From contig NC_134033.1 of assembly GCF_964204645.1 (NCBI RefSeq), positions 6,720,231 through 6,784,230 of the forward strand: a stretch of DNA of 64,000 nucleotides, read 5' to 3'. Made by a program: the position numbers and the translations under genes. Source of the stretch: Tubulanus polymorphus (taxonomy: Eukaryota > Animalia > Nemertea). The notes under the pieces were generated by a model. The model made no database searches. It was not told the origin of the DNA and saw only the letters and a program-made list of their open reading frames with translations. Shown here piece by piece: positions 63,205 to 64,000 of this stretch. Within the stretch, counting starts at the first letter, position 1. Every line of letters starts with the position of its first letter.

Positions 63205-64000
63205 TCAGGTAGGGACAGGTGATCGGCTTAAGTAATCTGCCGTCACGTTCTCCGAACCTTTAATTGCTCCTATCCGGAACTGCTGCAACATCAATGCCCA
63301 GCGCATTAAACGATCATTATTTACGCGCGCCCTGTTTAAATATATGAGCGGCTGATGATCCGTTTCTAGATCAAACTCAGATAGATACAAGTAACGCTCA
63401 AGCTTCTTGATGGACCAAACAATGCTATAGCACTCTTTTTCGATCACTGAATATGCGCGTTCAGCAGGATTGAGCTTCTTGCTTATATACATAACGGGAA
63501 ACATTATACCGTCTTCCTTCTGGTACAACGCACCACCCAGACCAATGTCTGATGCATCAGTTCTGAGAATGAACTTCTCATTTGAAGTTCGGCAACTTCA
63601 ATATGGGACCGGAAGTAAGGGCCTGCTTTAGACTATCAAAAGCACACTGCTGAGCAGCTTCCCAGTTTACCTTGTTTGGTTGACCCTTTTTGGTCAGTTC
63701 AGTTAGTGGTGCGGCAATTGCCGAATTGTCAGGAATAAATCTCGAGTAAAATGAAGCCATTCCCAGGAACGACCTCATATCCTTTTTCGTTCTAGGGGGT
63801 GGTGAATCAACGATAGCCCTCACTTTGTCTTTGCAAGGTTCCAGTCGATCTGATCCTACAACCAAGACATTTTAGTTTGCTGAAACCAAGCTCGCATTTG
63901 CTTGGTCTAGCCGTTAGGCCAGCTTGCCTCAGTCGACGGAAGATTTCCTCAAGCGTCTCTAGGTGATGTTCCCAAGTAACTGTGAAAATAATAATATTGT
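63205..64000 (-). pseudogene. RT / RNase H of LTR element 2 (Gmr1-like Gypsy), frameshifted, continues beyond the window
   Basis: RSFLGMASFYSRFIP, LRTDASDIGLG, YSVIEKEC, TDHQPL, RWAL, ADYLSR, followed directly by stop, short UTR and LTR. Confidence 0.9.

Overview
This is AT-rich, intron-rich eukaryotic DNA, probably from a marine invertebrate (inferred from the transposon repertoire); it is not prokaryotic and has no CRISPR, rRNA or tRNA that I can support. The only clear host gene is the 3' part of a 13-exon SAP130 (Sin3A-associated protein 130) orthologue on + (11708-23106). The rest is layered mobile DNA: many MITEs (pogo, Harbinger, piggyBac, MULE-like, P/Galileo-like), decayed LINEs, a 150-bp satellite, and a Penelope retroelement with an inverted 3' duplicate and hammerhead ribozyme motifs. 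The right third is a nest. An unclassified repeat carrying a small spliced ORF is interrupted by a Gypsy element. That element's integrase is in turn interrupted by a Gmr1-type LTR element and by a precisely bounded 11.5-kb Polinton/Maverick (adintovirus-like) endogenous virus (49557-61076, TSD TACATT). The Polinton encodes pPolB, integrase, a packaging ATPase, a penton-like protein and several small membrane proteins, but no recognisable major capsid protein or adenain protease. Its two ends are self-complementary hairpins holding four copies of the terminal motif, and its genes fall into two start-context classes (TAAATG versus a shared ~30-bp motif).
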